64,000 nucleotides of DNA from the NCBI GenBank assembly GCA_964016885.1, contig OZ024747.1:59024001-59088000 (forward strand), written 5' to 3'. Positions 1 through 14,063 of the stretch are shown here, in pieces; the first letter of the stretch is position 1, and each line of letters begins with the position of its first letter. This DNA is from Eledone cirrhosa (taxonomy: Eukaryota). The position numbers and the translations under genes are program-made. The notes beneath the pieces are model-generated. The model saw nothing but the letters and a program-made list of their open reading frames with translations. It was not told the DNA's origin and searched no databases.

Positions 1-848
1 ATATATTGTGTAGTGGAAAGTATGTATGTATATATATTGTGTAGTGGAAAGTACGTATGTATATATATTGTGTAGTTGAAAGTACGTATGTATATATATT
101 GTGTAGTTGAAAGTATGTATATATATATATTGTGTAGTTGAAAGTACGTATGTATATATATATATTGTGTAGTGGAAAGTATGTATGTATATATATTGTG
201 TAGTGAAAAGTATGTATGTATATATATTGTGTAGTTGAAAGTATGTATGTATATATATTGTGTAGTTGAAAGTACGTATGTATATATATTGTGTAGTTGA
301 AAGTACGTATGTATATATATTGTGTAGTTGAAAGTATGTATATATATATATTGTGTAGTTGAAAGTACGTATGTATATATATATATTGTGTAGTGGAAAG
401 TATGTATGTATATATATTGTGTAGTGAAAAGTATGTATGTATATATATTGTGTAGTGAAAAGTATGTATGTATATATATTGTGTAGTGAAAAGTATGTAT
501 GTATATATATTGTGTAGTGGAAAGTATGTATATATATATATTGTGTAGTGGAAAGTATGTATATATATATATTGTGTAGTGGAAAGTATGTATATATATA
601 TATTGTGTAGTTGAAAGTACGTATGTATATATATATATATTGTGTAGTTGAAAGTACGTATGTATATATATATATTGTGTAGTTGAAAGTACGTATGTAT
701 ATATATATATTGTGTAGTGGAAAGTATGTATGTATATATATTGTGTAGTGGAAAGTATGTATGTATATATATTGTGTAGTGGAAAGTATGTATGTATATA
801 TATTGTGTAGTGGAAAGTATGTATGTACATATATTGTGTAGTGGAAAG
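1..848. repeat. Minisatellite, unit about 30-38 bp (ATATATTGTGTAGTKGAAAGTAYGTATGT), about 27 copies, runs off the window start
   Basis: Directly visible tandem units with a variable internal (TA)n. Confidence 0.95.
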
Positions 849-863
849 TGCTGACTCAGTATT

Positions 864-1051
864 GTGGATGGGCAGTATCGGTAGAGGGTCGGATGCCATG
901 CTTTGACGTATAGAGTTACGGCCCTTGCCATTCTGAGTTCATATCCCGCTGAAGTTAACTTTGCCTTTCATCCTTACGAGGTCGATAAAATAAAGAACCA
1001 GCAAAGCACTGGGTAATTGCTGGCTTTGTGCCTAACGTAGAAACAATTATT
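864..1051 (+). mobile_element. tRNA-derived SINE, family A
   Basis: A-box-like GGCAGTATCGG, B-box-like GAGTTCATATCC, body TTTGCCTTTCATCCTTACG...GATAAAATAAAG.ACCAG, ATT tail; about 10 homologous copies in the window. Confidence 0.85.
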
Positions 1052-1935
1052 GAATATGGTCAGTGCAAGATGTGTAAAAAATGTTCCTCAGCTTATCAAA
1101 CTCTAAATTGAAATTATTTCCTTTGAGAAAATAGAGCACATAATTCAAGGAAATGTGTGCACAATTCAGATCTAGCCTAGAGCGATAAATAGCGAAGCAC
1201 CGCTTGTAACTGTTGAGGAACAGAAGAGTATTGAATTTGTTCGGTTCAGATCAATTTCTCTGCTTATTTTGTCGCTTCAGAATAAATTAGTGCAACATCC
1301 TGGCATAACATATTTAGATTGATTAAAAGTTCACGGTAAAAATTGAGTGTGACAAGGTAACAATTTAAAGACATAATATGACACCATGACAGGAGAGTGT
1401 TCGATTAGAATATCATATGCAGCTATGTTGTAGTAATCAACTTCTGTCTATTATTAGTAGTTATACAATATCCCTTCAGCAACAGAAATTAATACTAAAT
1501 TATTGAAACTACTGTAGAGAATCTCGTGTTTATACATGCCGCAACGGAAATAAAGACACATCAATAATAAATTCCAAAGACTAGTTCTACATTCTTCCTT
1601 ACACAGGCATACCACGTACATACATACATACATACATACACACATACAAACATTAATACATACATACAAACATTAATACTTATATATACACACACACATA
1701 CATACATGCATCCAAACATATATATACATACATATATACATACATTCATACATATAGTGTGTATATAGTCCACCGTATGCCAGCACGGAGATCTGACACA
1801 CACACATACATGCCTAATTGTATAACATATATACATACACATGTTTGTGCGTCTGTGTGTGTGTGTGTATGTGTCTTACCTCTTATATTTATTTTTATTT
1901 TTATTCTCCTATCTAAGATACTTTTTACCTTTATT

Positions 1936-1985
1936 ATTCCTGATGAGGCGATAACTGAAGGTTATTAATTAATCGAAATTATCGA
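1936..1985 (+). ncRNA. Degenerate hammerhead-ribozyme-like motif (Penelope pLTR-like remnant)
   Basis: CTGATGA-GGCGATAAC..GTTATT..ATC-GAAA; helix I not convincing. Confidence 0.3.
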
Positions 1986-2091
1986 TTATAGATTTCTTCT
2001 CCTCTTAACCGAAACGTGTGTAGAATGTAAAAGATGTTTTAAATCACTAAAAGCCTTTGATTTTATTTAAATACATTCACACACATACACA

Positions 2092-2125
<34 letters not shown>

Positions 2126-2144
2126 TACATACATACATACATAC

Positions 2145-2240
<96 letters not shown>

Positions 2241-2738
2241 ACGTACCTGTGTGTGTGCGTATGTATATGCCGCATTCTATGTTGATTTCTTCTTTCTGGT
2301 AAAGATGGCTGTTATAATAATCAGTCACAACAGACTGGACACATACTTAAGTATTAGATATATCAGAGAATTTCAACCATGGCAACCACCTCTCTATGTC
2401 ATGCAATTGCCGAGCCCTAAAATGTGAGCCACATCTTCCTAAATAGCGTAATAAATTACAATTTGGCAAGCTGACAAACCAAATAATCTGCTGGGTCACA
2501 ACATCATACGACCATCTCCACTTCTTTAGACATTTCTACAACCCCACAACACGGCATAGATACAGAGTGATTTATTTATTGATCAGAGGTAATTATTTTA
2601 GGTAATTATTTTATATCTAATGTTAATTAAATAAATCATTTAAGATTTAGCAATGCACATCCCTGAGGCGTTCCTTCTGAGGAACTTCATGGTTGGCCAG
2701 GCCACACACTACACGCACGCACCTATACACACACAGAG

Positions 2739-2769
<31 letters not shown>

Positions 2770-2772
<3 letters not shown>

Positions 2773-3148
2773 GTGTCCTTCGTTGTGTTTTTTTTATTAT
2801 TTTTGGAAAATTGAAAATATTGTCCATGTGCGATTTACGCCAAACTTGTTTTATTCAGAGTATTTTCTCATTATGCAATGTTTTGGCTATTTACGAAGTA
2901 TTGCAGGGTTATGTTAATTTCGAGGTATTTTCCCAGTATGCACCGTTGTGGCTATTTACGAAGGTACCCCCAAAACCCGCGAATCTCGGAAACCCTGGGT
3001 CAGATTTTCGCGAAACTTGTTTTATTTAATTTGTATTCCCATTTCAGAGGCAACTTGCTTTCAAAGTATTTACCCATTATGCGCCCTTTTGGCTGTATTA
3101 CATAACAGACAAGCAAGCAAGCACGCAAGATCAGAGTTTTAGTAGTAT
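2770..3148 (-). mobile_element. Probable non-autonomous Helitron-type 5' fragment
   Basis: Minus strand begins TATACTACTAAAA, followed by (CTTG)n; internal direct repeat AAACTTGTTTTATT; embedded in (TA)n. Confidence 0.4.
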
Positions 3149-3170
3149 ATATATATATATATATATATAT

Positions 3171-3227
3171 AGGAACCAGTAAGACCCCGACAGCTGAGCT
3201 CAAGCCGTTTCGACGGCTAATTCTGGA

Positions 3228-3230
<3 letters not shown>
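3171..3230 (+). repeat. Internally deleted copy of dispersed hairpin family X
   Basis: AGGAACCAG/GACCCCGACAGCTGAGCTCAAGCCGTTTCGACGGCTAATTCTGGACT matches 44961-45091. Confidence 0.75.
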
Positions 3231-3275
<45 letters not shown>

Positions 3276-3325
3276 GTGAAGGTGCGTGGCTAAATATATA
3301 TATATATATATATATATAAACATAA

Positions 3326-3480
3326 AGGTGCGTGACTAAATGGTTAGAGAATTGAATACGCAATCGTGAGGTTGTGAGTTCGATTCCCGGACACTTTATT
3401 TCGCCTGGCTCCTTCAGCCTGGATTTGCGACTGATAGATAGTATCGGCAAATGGAAAGACTAATGGAAACATTGTTTCCT
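3326..3480 (+). mobile_element. tRNA-derived SINE head (third family), decayed
   Basis: A box TGACTAAATGG and B box GAGTTCGATTCCC at tRNA-like spacing; no intact cloverleaf; head partly duplicated at about 3278-3295. Confidence 0.55.
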
Positions 3481-3534
3481 CGGTCCGATTTGATACGTTA
3501 AGTGAATAAGGTCTCTTATATGTGTATGTGTTTA

Positions 3535-3590
<56 letters not shown>

Positions 3591-4461
3591 CAGGGACCTC
3601 GTTTGCCTTTAAAATGTGAGGGGGACAAACCAACATTTGTTGATTCTTAAAGGAGCATGTTAGTATTACTTATAGTGCCTTTCCCGGGCCCTATCACATA
3701 AGTAAAATGTTATGCTAATTAAATTTTGTATATTCAAATGAGGTTCAGATACAAAAAGAAAATAACCTTAAAAAGAATTTATTATATCAAATAAACAAAA
3801 ACCAAATGATAGTTTATGAAAAAGTCTGTGTATGGAGGGAGGGGGGGGGACTTGTCCCCTGGTACTCCCCTGAAACAATGCAAATATATGTATGTATATA
3901 ATAAGATTATGAGAAAGCAACTCGGAAAGAGGCGGTGTTTCCGCTAATAAAAACAATAGAAAGCTAATAGGGAAAAGAAAGAAAAGTTTTGCTTTGCTCA
4001 ATTACAACGTGCGAAAGTAATTTCACAGTTTTACTATATTTCATTCACAGACATGAAACAACATAATAGTGTTTACATAAAGAAATAAACATAGACACAC
4101 ATATATAATACACACCCACATATATATATAATACACCCAAGCACACACATACAGAAACGTATGCAGGCATATACCCTTGCACTCGCGTACATACACATGT
4201 ATGCATATATACACACATATACGTATACATATACATACCCATGCGTACACATATATATACACACACACATAGACAATATATTCCCAGAAAAGTGAAACAT
4301 ATTAAAGAAACAACTACACGCACACGCACGCACACGCACGCACACGCACACACACACACCTATATATATGTGTGTGTGTGTGTCTATGTGTAATAGAGAT
4401 ATACTTACGTACACCCACTCACACACACACACACACGTGCACATATCTGTATGCGTGTGTG

Positions 4462-4499
<38 letters not shown>

Positions 4500-5409
4500 T
4501 TGCGTGCACGCGCTCACACACATATTTATATATACATGCAAACTAACAATCACGCATGCTTACACACATATATATATGTGTGTGTATGTGTTTCTACAAA
4601 TCTGCAATATTAGTTTCACACTTGTTTAATGTTTTTCATATTGGTGTTTTTTTGCTAGATTTTTGCTGTTTTTGTGGTGTTTTTTTTTTTTTTACTTTCT
4701 TGTTTTTTTATCTTCTGTGTTGCTCTTTGTTATTGTTGAGTTTGTTGTTGTTGTTGTATTGTACTCCATATTTACGTCAAAGCTTCTTGGCTGCCACTTA
4801 AGAAAAGATCAGTTAGTTATGTTTTAAGGATTTTTTTTTACCGCACTAACATGTGTAAGCAATCTTTCTACCCGGCTGTTTACACACACACACACACACA
4901 TATAAACGCACGTGCGCACACACACGCACGTGGGCGCCGCACACATACACACACGTGCGTACGCATACTAGCATACACACATATGCAAACACATATGTGC
5001 AAACACGCCAAACACCTAGCACTACACATACATACGCAAATAGACGCTTACACACGCAGAAACACAGGCACGCGTATATATGTAACCAACACTTTATCTT
5101 CTACCACCCCGGTACATATAACCACATATACACACCTACACGTACACAAACATATTTTCATACGAATACAGACACACGCATATTTTTAAAATATGCAGAA
5201 GAATCTTACGTATAGCCATTAAACCCATGCCCACCCGCGCCCACACACACAGACAACACCACACACACACACACACACACGCACACATACTTGTAATGAG
5301 ACCTTTCCCACCCACTACTTATATATACGTAACTACACCATAAACAATCACACACATATACATTCACAATGGTAGACAAATATACACGCACCACCACCCT
5401 TCTCTACAC

Positions 5410-5630
5410 ATAAATATATATGTGCCTGTGTGTGTATGTATATAAATATATGTGCGTGTGTGTGTATGTATATATGTGTGTGTATGTATATAAATATGTG
5501 TGCGTGTGAGTGTAGTGTATATATGTGTGTGTATGTATATAAATATGTGTGCGTGTGAATGTAGTGTATATATGTGTGTGTGTGTATGTATATATGTGTG
5601 TGTGCGTGTATGTATATATGTGCCTGTATG

Positions 5631-5661
<31 letters not shown>

Positions 5662-5946
5662 GTATGTGCGTGTGTGTAAGAGTATATGTGTGAGTGTGTG
5701 TATATATATATGTGTGTGTGTGTGTATATATATGTGTGTGTGTGTATATGTGTGTATGTATTTATATATATGTGTGTGTGTGTGTGTGTGTATATATGTG
5801 TGTGTGTATATATATATGTGTGTGTGTGTGTATATATGTGTGTGTATGTATATATATATGTGTGTGTGTGTGTATATATATATGTGTGTATATATATGTG
5901 TGTGTGTATATATATATGTGTGTGTGTATATATATATGTGTGTGTG

Positions 5947-5977
<31 letters not shown>

Positions 5978-6012
5978 ATATATGTGTGTGTGTGTATATG
6001 TGTGTATGTATT

Positions 6013-6043
<31 letters not shown>

Positions 6044-6090
6044 ACATATGTGTGTGTGTGTCATATATATATATATATATATATATATGA
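5410..6090. repeat. Compound (TG)n/(TA)n microsatellite field
   Basis: Directly visible. Confidence 0.95.
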
Positions 6091-6297
6091 TACAAGAGTA
6101 TACCCGAATACACACTCTGGCACCTGTACTTAAATATCTGAGAGTATCTCCATTCTTTGTTCAACAAGATATAAAACAATGAAGCCATGACATGGTAAAT
6201 ATGTTAATAAGACATTTATACACCTTCATACATCACTAGTATTTATTTATCTAGATTTCTCTGCATACATACACACACACACACATATATATATATA

Positions 6298-7060
6298 CTA
6301 GCAGAATGGCCCGGCGTTGCCCGGGATTCTAAACATGTTTATCCCTCTTGTCTCAAACAGTTTCGTCGTATGTTCACCAATTGCTGCAGAAGTCCTACTA
6401 AAAAGTGAAGTCGCCTTGGGTGAGTAGGCAAATAATTTTCCATTAACATTTTTCAAAAGTATGTAATTGCGTTCCCTCTCTTTCTTCTTGTTGTTTTTGC
6501 TGCTGTCGAGCCTCGTGAAATAAATACGTTTGTTTATATTTTGTTATTGTGTATGCAAAAATATCTGTGCACGAATATATAATTATATATATATTAAAAT
6601 AACAGATTAAAGTTTAAGCTAAGAATCGCTTCTTTCACCCTTAAAGGATCTTCTGAAACAAAATAAAATCAATCTGTGAACTCAGAAGTAAATATTTCGA
6701 AAAACGTTACACACTATATATATATATATATATATATATACTCTATATATATAAATAAACACACTATATATACATATGTATACACACACACATACATATA
6801 GCGTCATAAGGTCGTAATGCAGACAGACAGCCAGACATACAGACATATATTATAAGGGCACAACGTTATATCTATGTATCTATCTAAAAAGAAAGACTAA
6901 GAATTATAGAGAGAGATCACTAAATCGCCTCATGCGGTCCCTAGGGCATTGAAAATTTGAAATATTTTTTGCTCAAAACACTCACATGCGTAAAGTTTGA
7001 AACCAATCGGTTGGGTGGTTCTCGAGTTTTAGGGAGTCAGACAGACAGACACAGATATTC

Positions 7061-7070
<10 letters not shown>
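6298..7070 (-). mobile_element. Non-autonomous Helitron (Lep1-like architecture)
   Basis: Minus-strand 3' end: GC hairpin CCCGG-GCAACG-CCGGG (6310-6325), 8 nt, then CTAG followed by T; (CTGT)n near the 5' end, which merges into (TA)n. Confidence 0.7.
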
Positions 7071-7097
<27 letters not shown>

Positions 7098-7175
7098 TGT
7101 GTGTTTTTTCTTCCCCACTTGTTTCCTCATTCTTCCCCGTTCCTTCTTCTTATCTCTCTTTGCTTTCTAAATCTT

Positions 7176-7211
7176 TCTTCTGATAAAAGACTAGTGTCTG
7201 AAACGTTAAGA
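7176..7211 (+). ncRNA. Minimal type-I hammerhead-like motif, family H1
   Basis: TCTT-CTGATAA-A-AGAC-TAGT-GTCT-GAAA-CGTT-AAGA; helix I TCTT/AAGA; G8>A core mutation. Confidence 0.55.
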
Positions 7212-7265
7212 CTTTCTTCCTGCTATTTCAAGCGTTGTACTGTGCCGTTTCTCTTGTTATTTCTA

Positions 7266-7336
<71 letters not shown>

Positions 7337-7344
7337 TTATATAT

Positions 7345-7530
7345 GCGAGAAAAACCACAAACACTCCATCTCAATTCTACTTTTGAAAAGCATAAGAACG
7401 GTGAAGAACGGTAAAGGAAACAAATAAATATTCTTAAAAAGACTGCAGTTGCATTTTCGATTTCTTTACCTTATACTTTCACTCGTGTAGGACATCTCGT
7501 TTTGTTTTTTCATTTTAAAAAAAAGTCGCA
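7345..7530 (+). repeat. Dispersed element family B (inverted homolog at 12510-12700)
   Basis: CTCCATCTCAATTCTAC...GTTGCATTTTCGATTTC...CACTCGTGTAGGACA is the reverse complement of 12510-12700. Confidence 0.8.
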
Positions 7531-7534
7531 TTAT

Positions 7535-7581
<47 letters not shown>

Positions 7582-8767
7582 GAGTCGTCCCAAAGTGATC
7601 ATATGAAGACATCGAGTGAAGCAATCATAAAGACAGAGAATACCAATGTTTCAAACAATTTTCTTATCTATTGTTTATAATGAAGAAGATACGTAGGCAT
7701 CTGTTTAAAAATACCATATCTTTCTTTTTCTCTCTCTGTATTTGGCTGAATGTTAATCGGTTGCCGATAACTGTTTATATAAACATATTGATTTATACAT
7801 ATATATGTGTGTGTGTGTGTCTATAAATATATATATGTATACACACATGTATAAGTAAAAGTGAACTGCATGCATAAAATATACTTTATTTATCATCATT
7901 TAACGTGAAATTTCATTACATTCAAGGAATTATTATAGTAAAACAGAAAATAGTGTCGTTAACCGAGGTTTGTAGTATTGGTAAGTATGAACACTATCTT
8001 TATCTCACTTCCATAATTCAAGAGAAATTTGTTGGCTTCAGGGAATCTGCGATATGGTTTTAATTTTAGTCGAAATTCCGCATTAAGATATATGTTTCTG
8101 TTGTCATGATTTTATGCATCGCGTTTCACTTCACGATTGAGCTATAAAATAAGAGTTTCAAACTTTGCTCTTTTAATGTTCCATTACATAAAGCCGTAGT
8201 GATTCACCTTTTCCCATATCTTTAGTTCGGAAGCCGCCCTTGACAGTAATTTACCTCCATTCGAAGTAATTTCTTTCAGTTTTATCGTTCATCTGTTGAC
8301 ATGCAACTTTACTTTCATAGATCGTCTTACTAAAGCATTTACCATTCAGCAGAAAATGCTTCTTCTTAATACTATCAAGTTCGTTTACTATGTTGTTGCT
8401 CTCGTAAGATCTTCAATATTTAATTGTTTTTGTAGTTGTTTTGCGTATTATTACTCACATTCTTTTTGCAATTCTACCTCACTTTGACAGTATATTTATT
8501 AAATAGTTTCAGGTTACCTAGAACACAATTCCCAATTACATTTCATAATGATTCCACTTGACATTAATGAGAGTATAATTCGTTTTCTGGATTAGCTTTA
8601 ATGACCCGTACACTCTCGCAAAAACCTCTTCATTCTAAGATCCTGCTGAAATAATTAGCTGTTTAATTAAATTTTATATTAACTGAAGATAAATATATAT
8701 TCTCCTAGTTATATATTCTGTTATATAATATAACAATATATTATATCTTGTTAGATGTTCAAAATGT

Positions 8768-8819
<52 letters not shown>

Positions 8820-8861
8820 GTGTGTGTGTGTGTGTCTGTGTGTATACATACAAATATATAT

Positions 8862-8910
<49 letters not shown>

Positions 8911-9252
8911 TGTGTGTATACATACAAATATATATATGTGTGTTTTTGTGTGTGTGTGTGTGTGTGTGCGCGCACGTATGTATTTGGAAACGACAGGATC
9001 TCTATTGATTTCTATATCAAATATATTGAAATTTGATATCGGAGTATACATAATATATCACGCATTAAACTTACAAACATCAGTTGTACTCTAAGCTACA
9101 GAGTTTTCTACGAGTGGAGGAGAATGTTTCAAAATAGTTGTTACTTTTGTTTAGCTTCATCTCAGTCATGCTTGAGCAGATGTTCATTTTTTTATAACTA
9201 AATCTGTTCCGGTTGCACTGACCTTGTTGCTGTTTGGTTGTAGCATACTATC

Positions 9253-9420
9253 TAAGAAGAGCCTCTTTTATCCGCAAATTACCCACGTTCCTCTCCTCTA
9301 CTGCTTTGGTGATCTCAATATCTCAACTGGCATTTTTCTCGTTGTATGCTCCAGGAACGTGGGTAATTTGCGTATAAAAGACACTCTTCTTATACACAGG
9401 CATAAACCATGCTCTAACAA
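9253..9420 (+). pseudogene. Penelope-type GIY-YIG endonuclease C-terminal remnant with partial inverted duplication
   Basis: 9353 onward reads RNVGNLRIKDTLLIHRHKPCSN (compare L-x-I-K-E-x-L-x-I-x4-P-x-L-N); inverted arm 9253-9292 reads RNVGNLRIKEALL. Confidence 0.5.
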
Positions 9421-9859
9421 CGTATCTGATCCACATGGAGCCAACTGACTTTTGTGGCTGGTCTGCGATTGTTAAATTTCGACCAAAGATTTACCGCACA
9501 ACATGAGAGCAAGAGACTTCGGCGTTTCTTCGTTCCTCGTGTAGAAAAGATGTTCTACCTAGAAATATCATGAAATAGAGAAAAAAACTATTTTGTGTTA
9601 TCATACTTACTTTACCTTACTCTAGTTCGACAATTATATCTCCTATTCGAAGTGTAACGGCTCTCACAATACTTTCTTAATTCTCCCCCCCCCTCTCTCC
9701 CTCCTTCCCTCCCTCTGTCTCTCTCTCTCTCTCTCTTCATCTCTTACCTATCTATCCATACTCACACACCCGCACACATATATATTTACATATAAATATA
9801 CATGTATATATCAAGTACATATAAGTATATATAAATATAAGTATGTATGTATATATATG

Positions 9860-9934
<75 letters not shown>

Positions 9935-10157
9935 AAATTGACGCGTTGTACACTTAGTGAACTAGTGAGACAGGGTGTTTCCTAATAGTGTTTGAGCACT
10001 AACTAAATCAGGTAAATTAAGTTGCAGTCCTTACAGTACTTATACTCGGGATTGATTTTTGACACGTCTTATACACATGTATATAGAAAAGAATAAAAAA
10101 CATTAAGCATCATCAAAATTTTATTTTGCCTACACACACACAAAGACACACACTCTC

Positions 10158-10224
<67 letters not shown>

Positions 10225-10280
10225 TATATACATATATATATACATATATATATATGTGTGTGTGTGTGTGTGAAACAATT

Positions 10281-10419
10281 TGGGACTCCGACGGTTGAGC
10301 TCCGGCCCTTTCGGAGCTCAGCCGTCAGGGTAGATAATCTTTTCATTTTACCCACTCTACTACCCCAAGTATCGAGTATTCTTATGGGTTATGATCTAGC
10401 TGGTTTTTACCACACCTAT

Positions 10420-10421
<2 letters not shown>
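10281..10421 (-). repeat. Dispersed hairpin family X copy
   Basis: Reverse-complement match to 44961-45065; local hairpin GACGGTTGAGCTCCG/CGGAGCTCAGCCGTC. Confidence 0.7.
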
Positions 10422-10478
<57 letters not shown>

Positions 10479-12063
10479 TTACTCTTGCACACACATATAT
10501 AAAGAGAAAGGGAGAAACAAACGGACAGACAGACACAGAGAGAGAGCGAGGGAAGGAGAAAATACAAGATATATACATACACGTAAGACTTATCCTCAGA
10601 CACACATCAAATATTTATATCTATAAGTGAATTATTCCTCTTTAACTATCTTCTCTCCTCTTTCCTTCCCCTGCCCCTGTTTTTTTTACACCTTCCATTA
10701 TTTTAGTTGACACCCATTCTCTCCTCTATGTATTTTCCATCTTATCTATTTCATCCATTCTCTTACTAAATCTTTCCTAACGCCTTTTCCTGGCATTTTT
10801 TCTACTTATTGCTTTCTGTACTTTTGCCATCAGTTGGAAATTTTCAACATTTTTTTGGCGTTCATTTTATTTTCTTTATTTTTTTCCTTTTTGCTTCAGT
10901 ATTATTCCTTAAACCCTTCCCATCATTCACCAAGCATTCCGCCACCCCTACATATACCCACACTTCGTAAATAGTGTTGTATTTTTCTTCTTCCTATTCG
11001 TATTGTTATTCTTAAATTGTTATCTACATCTTTTTTTTTTTCGTCTATTTATCTATTTATGTATTTATTTATTCAAGCTGCATCATCCATATTGGATTTT
11101 GTGGTAACATCTTTTAGCCAATAATAAGTAGTTTTTAGCAGGCTAGTATTGAGGGAATTATAGACACAAGCTGTCAATCAAACTGACATTTTACTAACAT
11201 TGTCTTATCGTAATTCTCAAAGTTTGAACTACACCTGCCGATCTATTGCCATAGCAATATAAAATCAGCATTTCCTTTAGCGGAAGTCCACTTCCGATGC
11301 CATATTTAAAGCATGTAGTGAAAAAGAGATAAAGTTTACAGTGAGGCATAAACATAGAGTGTTAGTAAAACACACACATACGCACAGATACGTGTGCAGA
11401 TGAATGTATATATATTTACATATTTATATATGTATGCATATATGTGTGTATATTTGTCTGTGTGCGTGTGAGTACAACTGACTTGAACTTTATATATATA
11501 TATGTATGGCCATACTCGATAACGAGGGTGCATCCATCATGTATATATATATACATATATATATATATAACGTACAGAGAGTAGAAGGAATAAGCTTGTG
11601 AACGGATGAGAACGAAAGATAGATTAATGTTAAGACTGGCAAACAGAGGAAAATAAAGATATTAAGAATACACTAGATAGCTAGATAGACAGAGATATAG
11701 ATGAATAGATAGATCATACACACACATAAATATATACATACATATATACATACATAGAGAGAGGGAGAGAGGCGGGGTAACGTTAATGTATACAAACAAT
11801 ATTGGAAAATATATAAATTGTGGGTGAGATAAGTAAGTGAATATATTTAGCGGACTGAGAAATAAAAGAAAAATGAGACACTAGTGAATTCCTATATTCT
11901 GAATGATTGGTTTCTGTTGCTTCTGAAGACACAACACACCTGAATATATATACTTCCAAGATGGCCGACTGAATACGCACATGCTTTTTTTCTTCTCAAT
12001 TTTTTTTCCTTATTTTCCCCGTTCTTTCCTCTCGTCATTCTTTATTTTCTATTTCTAACTCCA

Positions 12064-12097
12064 TCTTCTGATGAAGGACTAGTAGTCGAAACGTTAT

Positions 12098-12099
<2 letters not shown>
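12064..12099 (+). ncRNA. Minimal hammerhead-like motif, family H1
   Basis: TCTT-CTGATGA-AG-GACT-AGT-AGTC-GAAA-CGTT; intact core boxes; flanks homologous to the 7176 and 17031 copies. Confidence 0.6.
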
Positions 12100-12188
<89 letters not shown>

Positions 12189-12281
12189 CTCTCTCTCTCT
12201 GCTATTTCAAACGCTAAAATAATAAATTTCTTCCATGTACTGTACCGTTCGTTTTGTTACTTTTGTTATTTCAGTTTACCT

Positions 12282-12503
<222 letters not shown>

Positions 12504-12509
12504 TATTAG

Positions 12510-12700
12510 AAAGTGAGGTTTTTTTACAAAATGAAAACGAGGTGTCCTACACGAGTGAAAATATAAGGAAAAAAGATGAAATCGAAAATGCAACTAGTCT
12601 TTTTTTTTAAATATATTTATTTGGTTCCTTTACCGGTTTCGCAGTTCTTGTGCTTTTCAAAAGTAGAATTGAGATGGAGGGTTTGTGGTTTTCCTCACAT
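12510..12700 (-). repeat. Family B element carrying a UUGAAAA-type hammerhead-like motif (12627-12663)
   Basis: Minus strand: CTT-TTGAAAA-GCA-CAAGAAC-TGC-GAAA-CCGG-TA-AAG. Confidence 0.6.
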
Positions 12701-13414
12701 CTAGTTGGTGCTCGAATGTTACTTCTGTTTTATATGGAATGTTAGGTGTTTATAGAAATAATTTGTTTGGTTGATGACTGTCATGTGAATAAGTATAATA
12801 AATTTCGCGCCAGTTCGCATTACAAAGTTCTTATTATATTTGCCTTCAAAAAAAAAAAGGGGGGTCTTCAGATTGTTTTTTCATATATGAGTGAAGTTTG
12901 GTAGGTTGATGCAGTCACCTGAATAAGCACATCAGCTTTCGCGCCAGTTTGTGTTTGAATTTCTTTTTACTTTAAAAAAAAGTGGCTCACGAAGTTTTTT
13001 TTATAAATGTAATTTAATTGGTGATAAGTGAAATTATGACTGTCACGTGAACAAGTACATTAAATTTCGTGCCCGTATTTTGGAATTTTTTTGTAGCAAT
13101 TTAGAGAATTTGTGCCAAACAAAAGATAATTGTCAAGAAAACGGGATGGGGAGAATTGTTCTGGTTCAGTGAGCATGGCTGGTGTGGTGGGGTGTCAAAA
13201 TTCAGACTTTCAATTGAAATAAAGAAAGTAGAGATAAGTATGTTTATTTGTGTGCTGGTGTGTGTGTAGAAAGATGATTCTATTAATGTGTGTAGAAAGA
13301 TGATTCTATTAATAGAAATGGGGGAGGGAATTGTGTGTGTATTGGTGTTATATGTGTGTGTGTATGTGTATGTGGGAGTATGGTTAGCATGTTAAGATGG
13401 AAAGAATATATATA

Positions 13415-13469
<55 letters not shown>

Positions 13470-13532
13470 ATATATATATATATATTTGAGTTGGAGCTCT
13501 GAAATAGCGACGTATATATGAATGTACGTAAT

Positions 13533-13924
13533 GTATATTCAATAATATACTGTATATTTATTTTAAAACCTTTTGAAAGCCTTTCGCTTTGAATTTAAGC
13601 TCGCGACTATAGTCACATACCTAGCTTCAGCAAAAACAAAAGGAAATAAGCGATGATCGTGTCTCACTGTTTAGCAGTTATCGAGGTTGTATATCGCCTC
13701 TGTCTTTGCTGTGAGCTGGAGAAGCTAGATTCTTATAGAATAACAAATATGTTTATGAGCTGTTTAAACCCATTAACATACAGAGTGATTACTAGCAACA
13801 ATTAGGAATTTGTGTTGGAGTCCTTGTTTTTACTGAAGCTCGGTATTTGACTATGGTCGGTACGTTAAAATCATAGCGATAGGCCTACAAAATGTTTTTA
13901 AATACAGTATATTATTAAATATAC
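13533..13924. repeat. Diverged inverted repeat, arms about 105-110 bp, spacer about 175 bp
   Basis: 13533-13644 aligns with the reverse complement of 13821-13924. Confidence 0.75.
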
Positions 13925-14040
13925 AAAGTTCTGACGATTTGGTCGGGTATCGACTGTAATAAAAGTCGAGTGACGTGACTTCTAACGATCAGCGACCTTT
14001 AGACACACCGGACTAATGAAACAATTGATAATACTTTAAA
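13925..14040 (+). ncRNA. Hammerhead-like motif with greatly extended helix II
   Basis: CTGACGA (13931), TTGGTCGGGT...ACCGGACTAA pairing, GAAA (14018), palindromic CAATTG; homolog at 25889-26015. Confidence 0.5.
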
Positions 14041-14063
14041 TAAACCCTATTATACAGCCGACC

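Noticed and set aside
1-848. CRISPR-like periodicity
   Set aside because: No unique spacers, no cas genes, eukaryotic context
3326-3395. tRNA gene
   Set aside because: A and B boxes are present but the acceptor and anticodon stems do not form; treated as a SINE head
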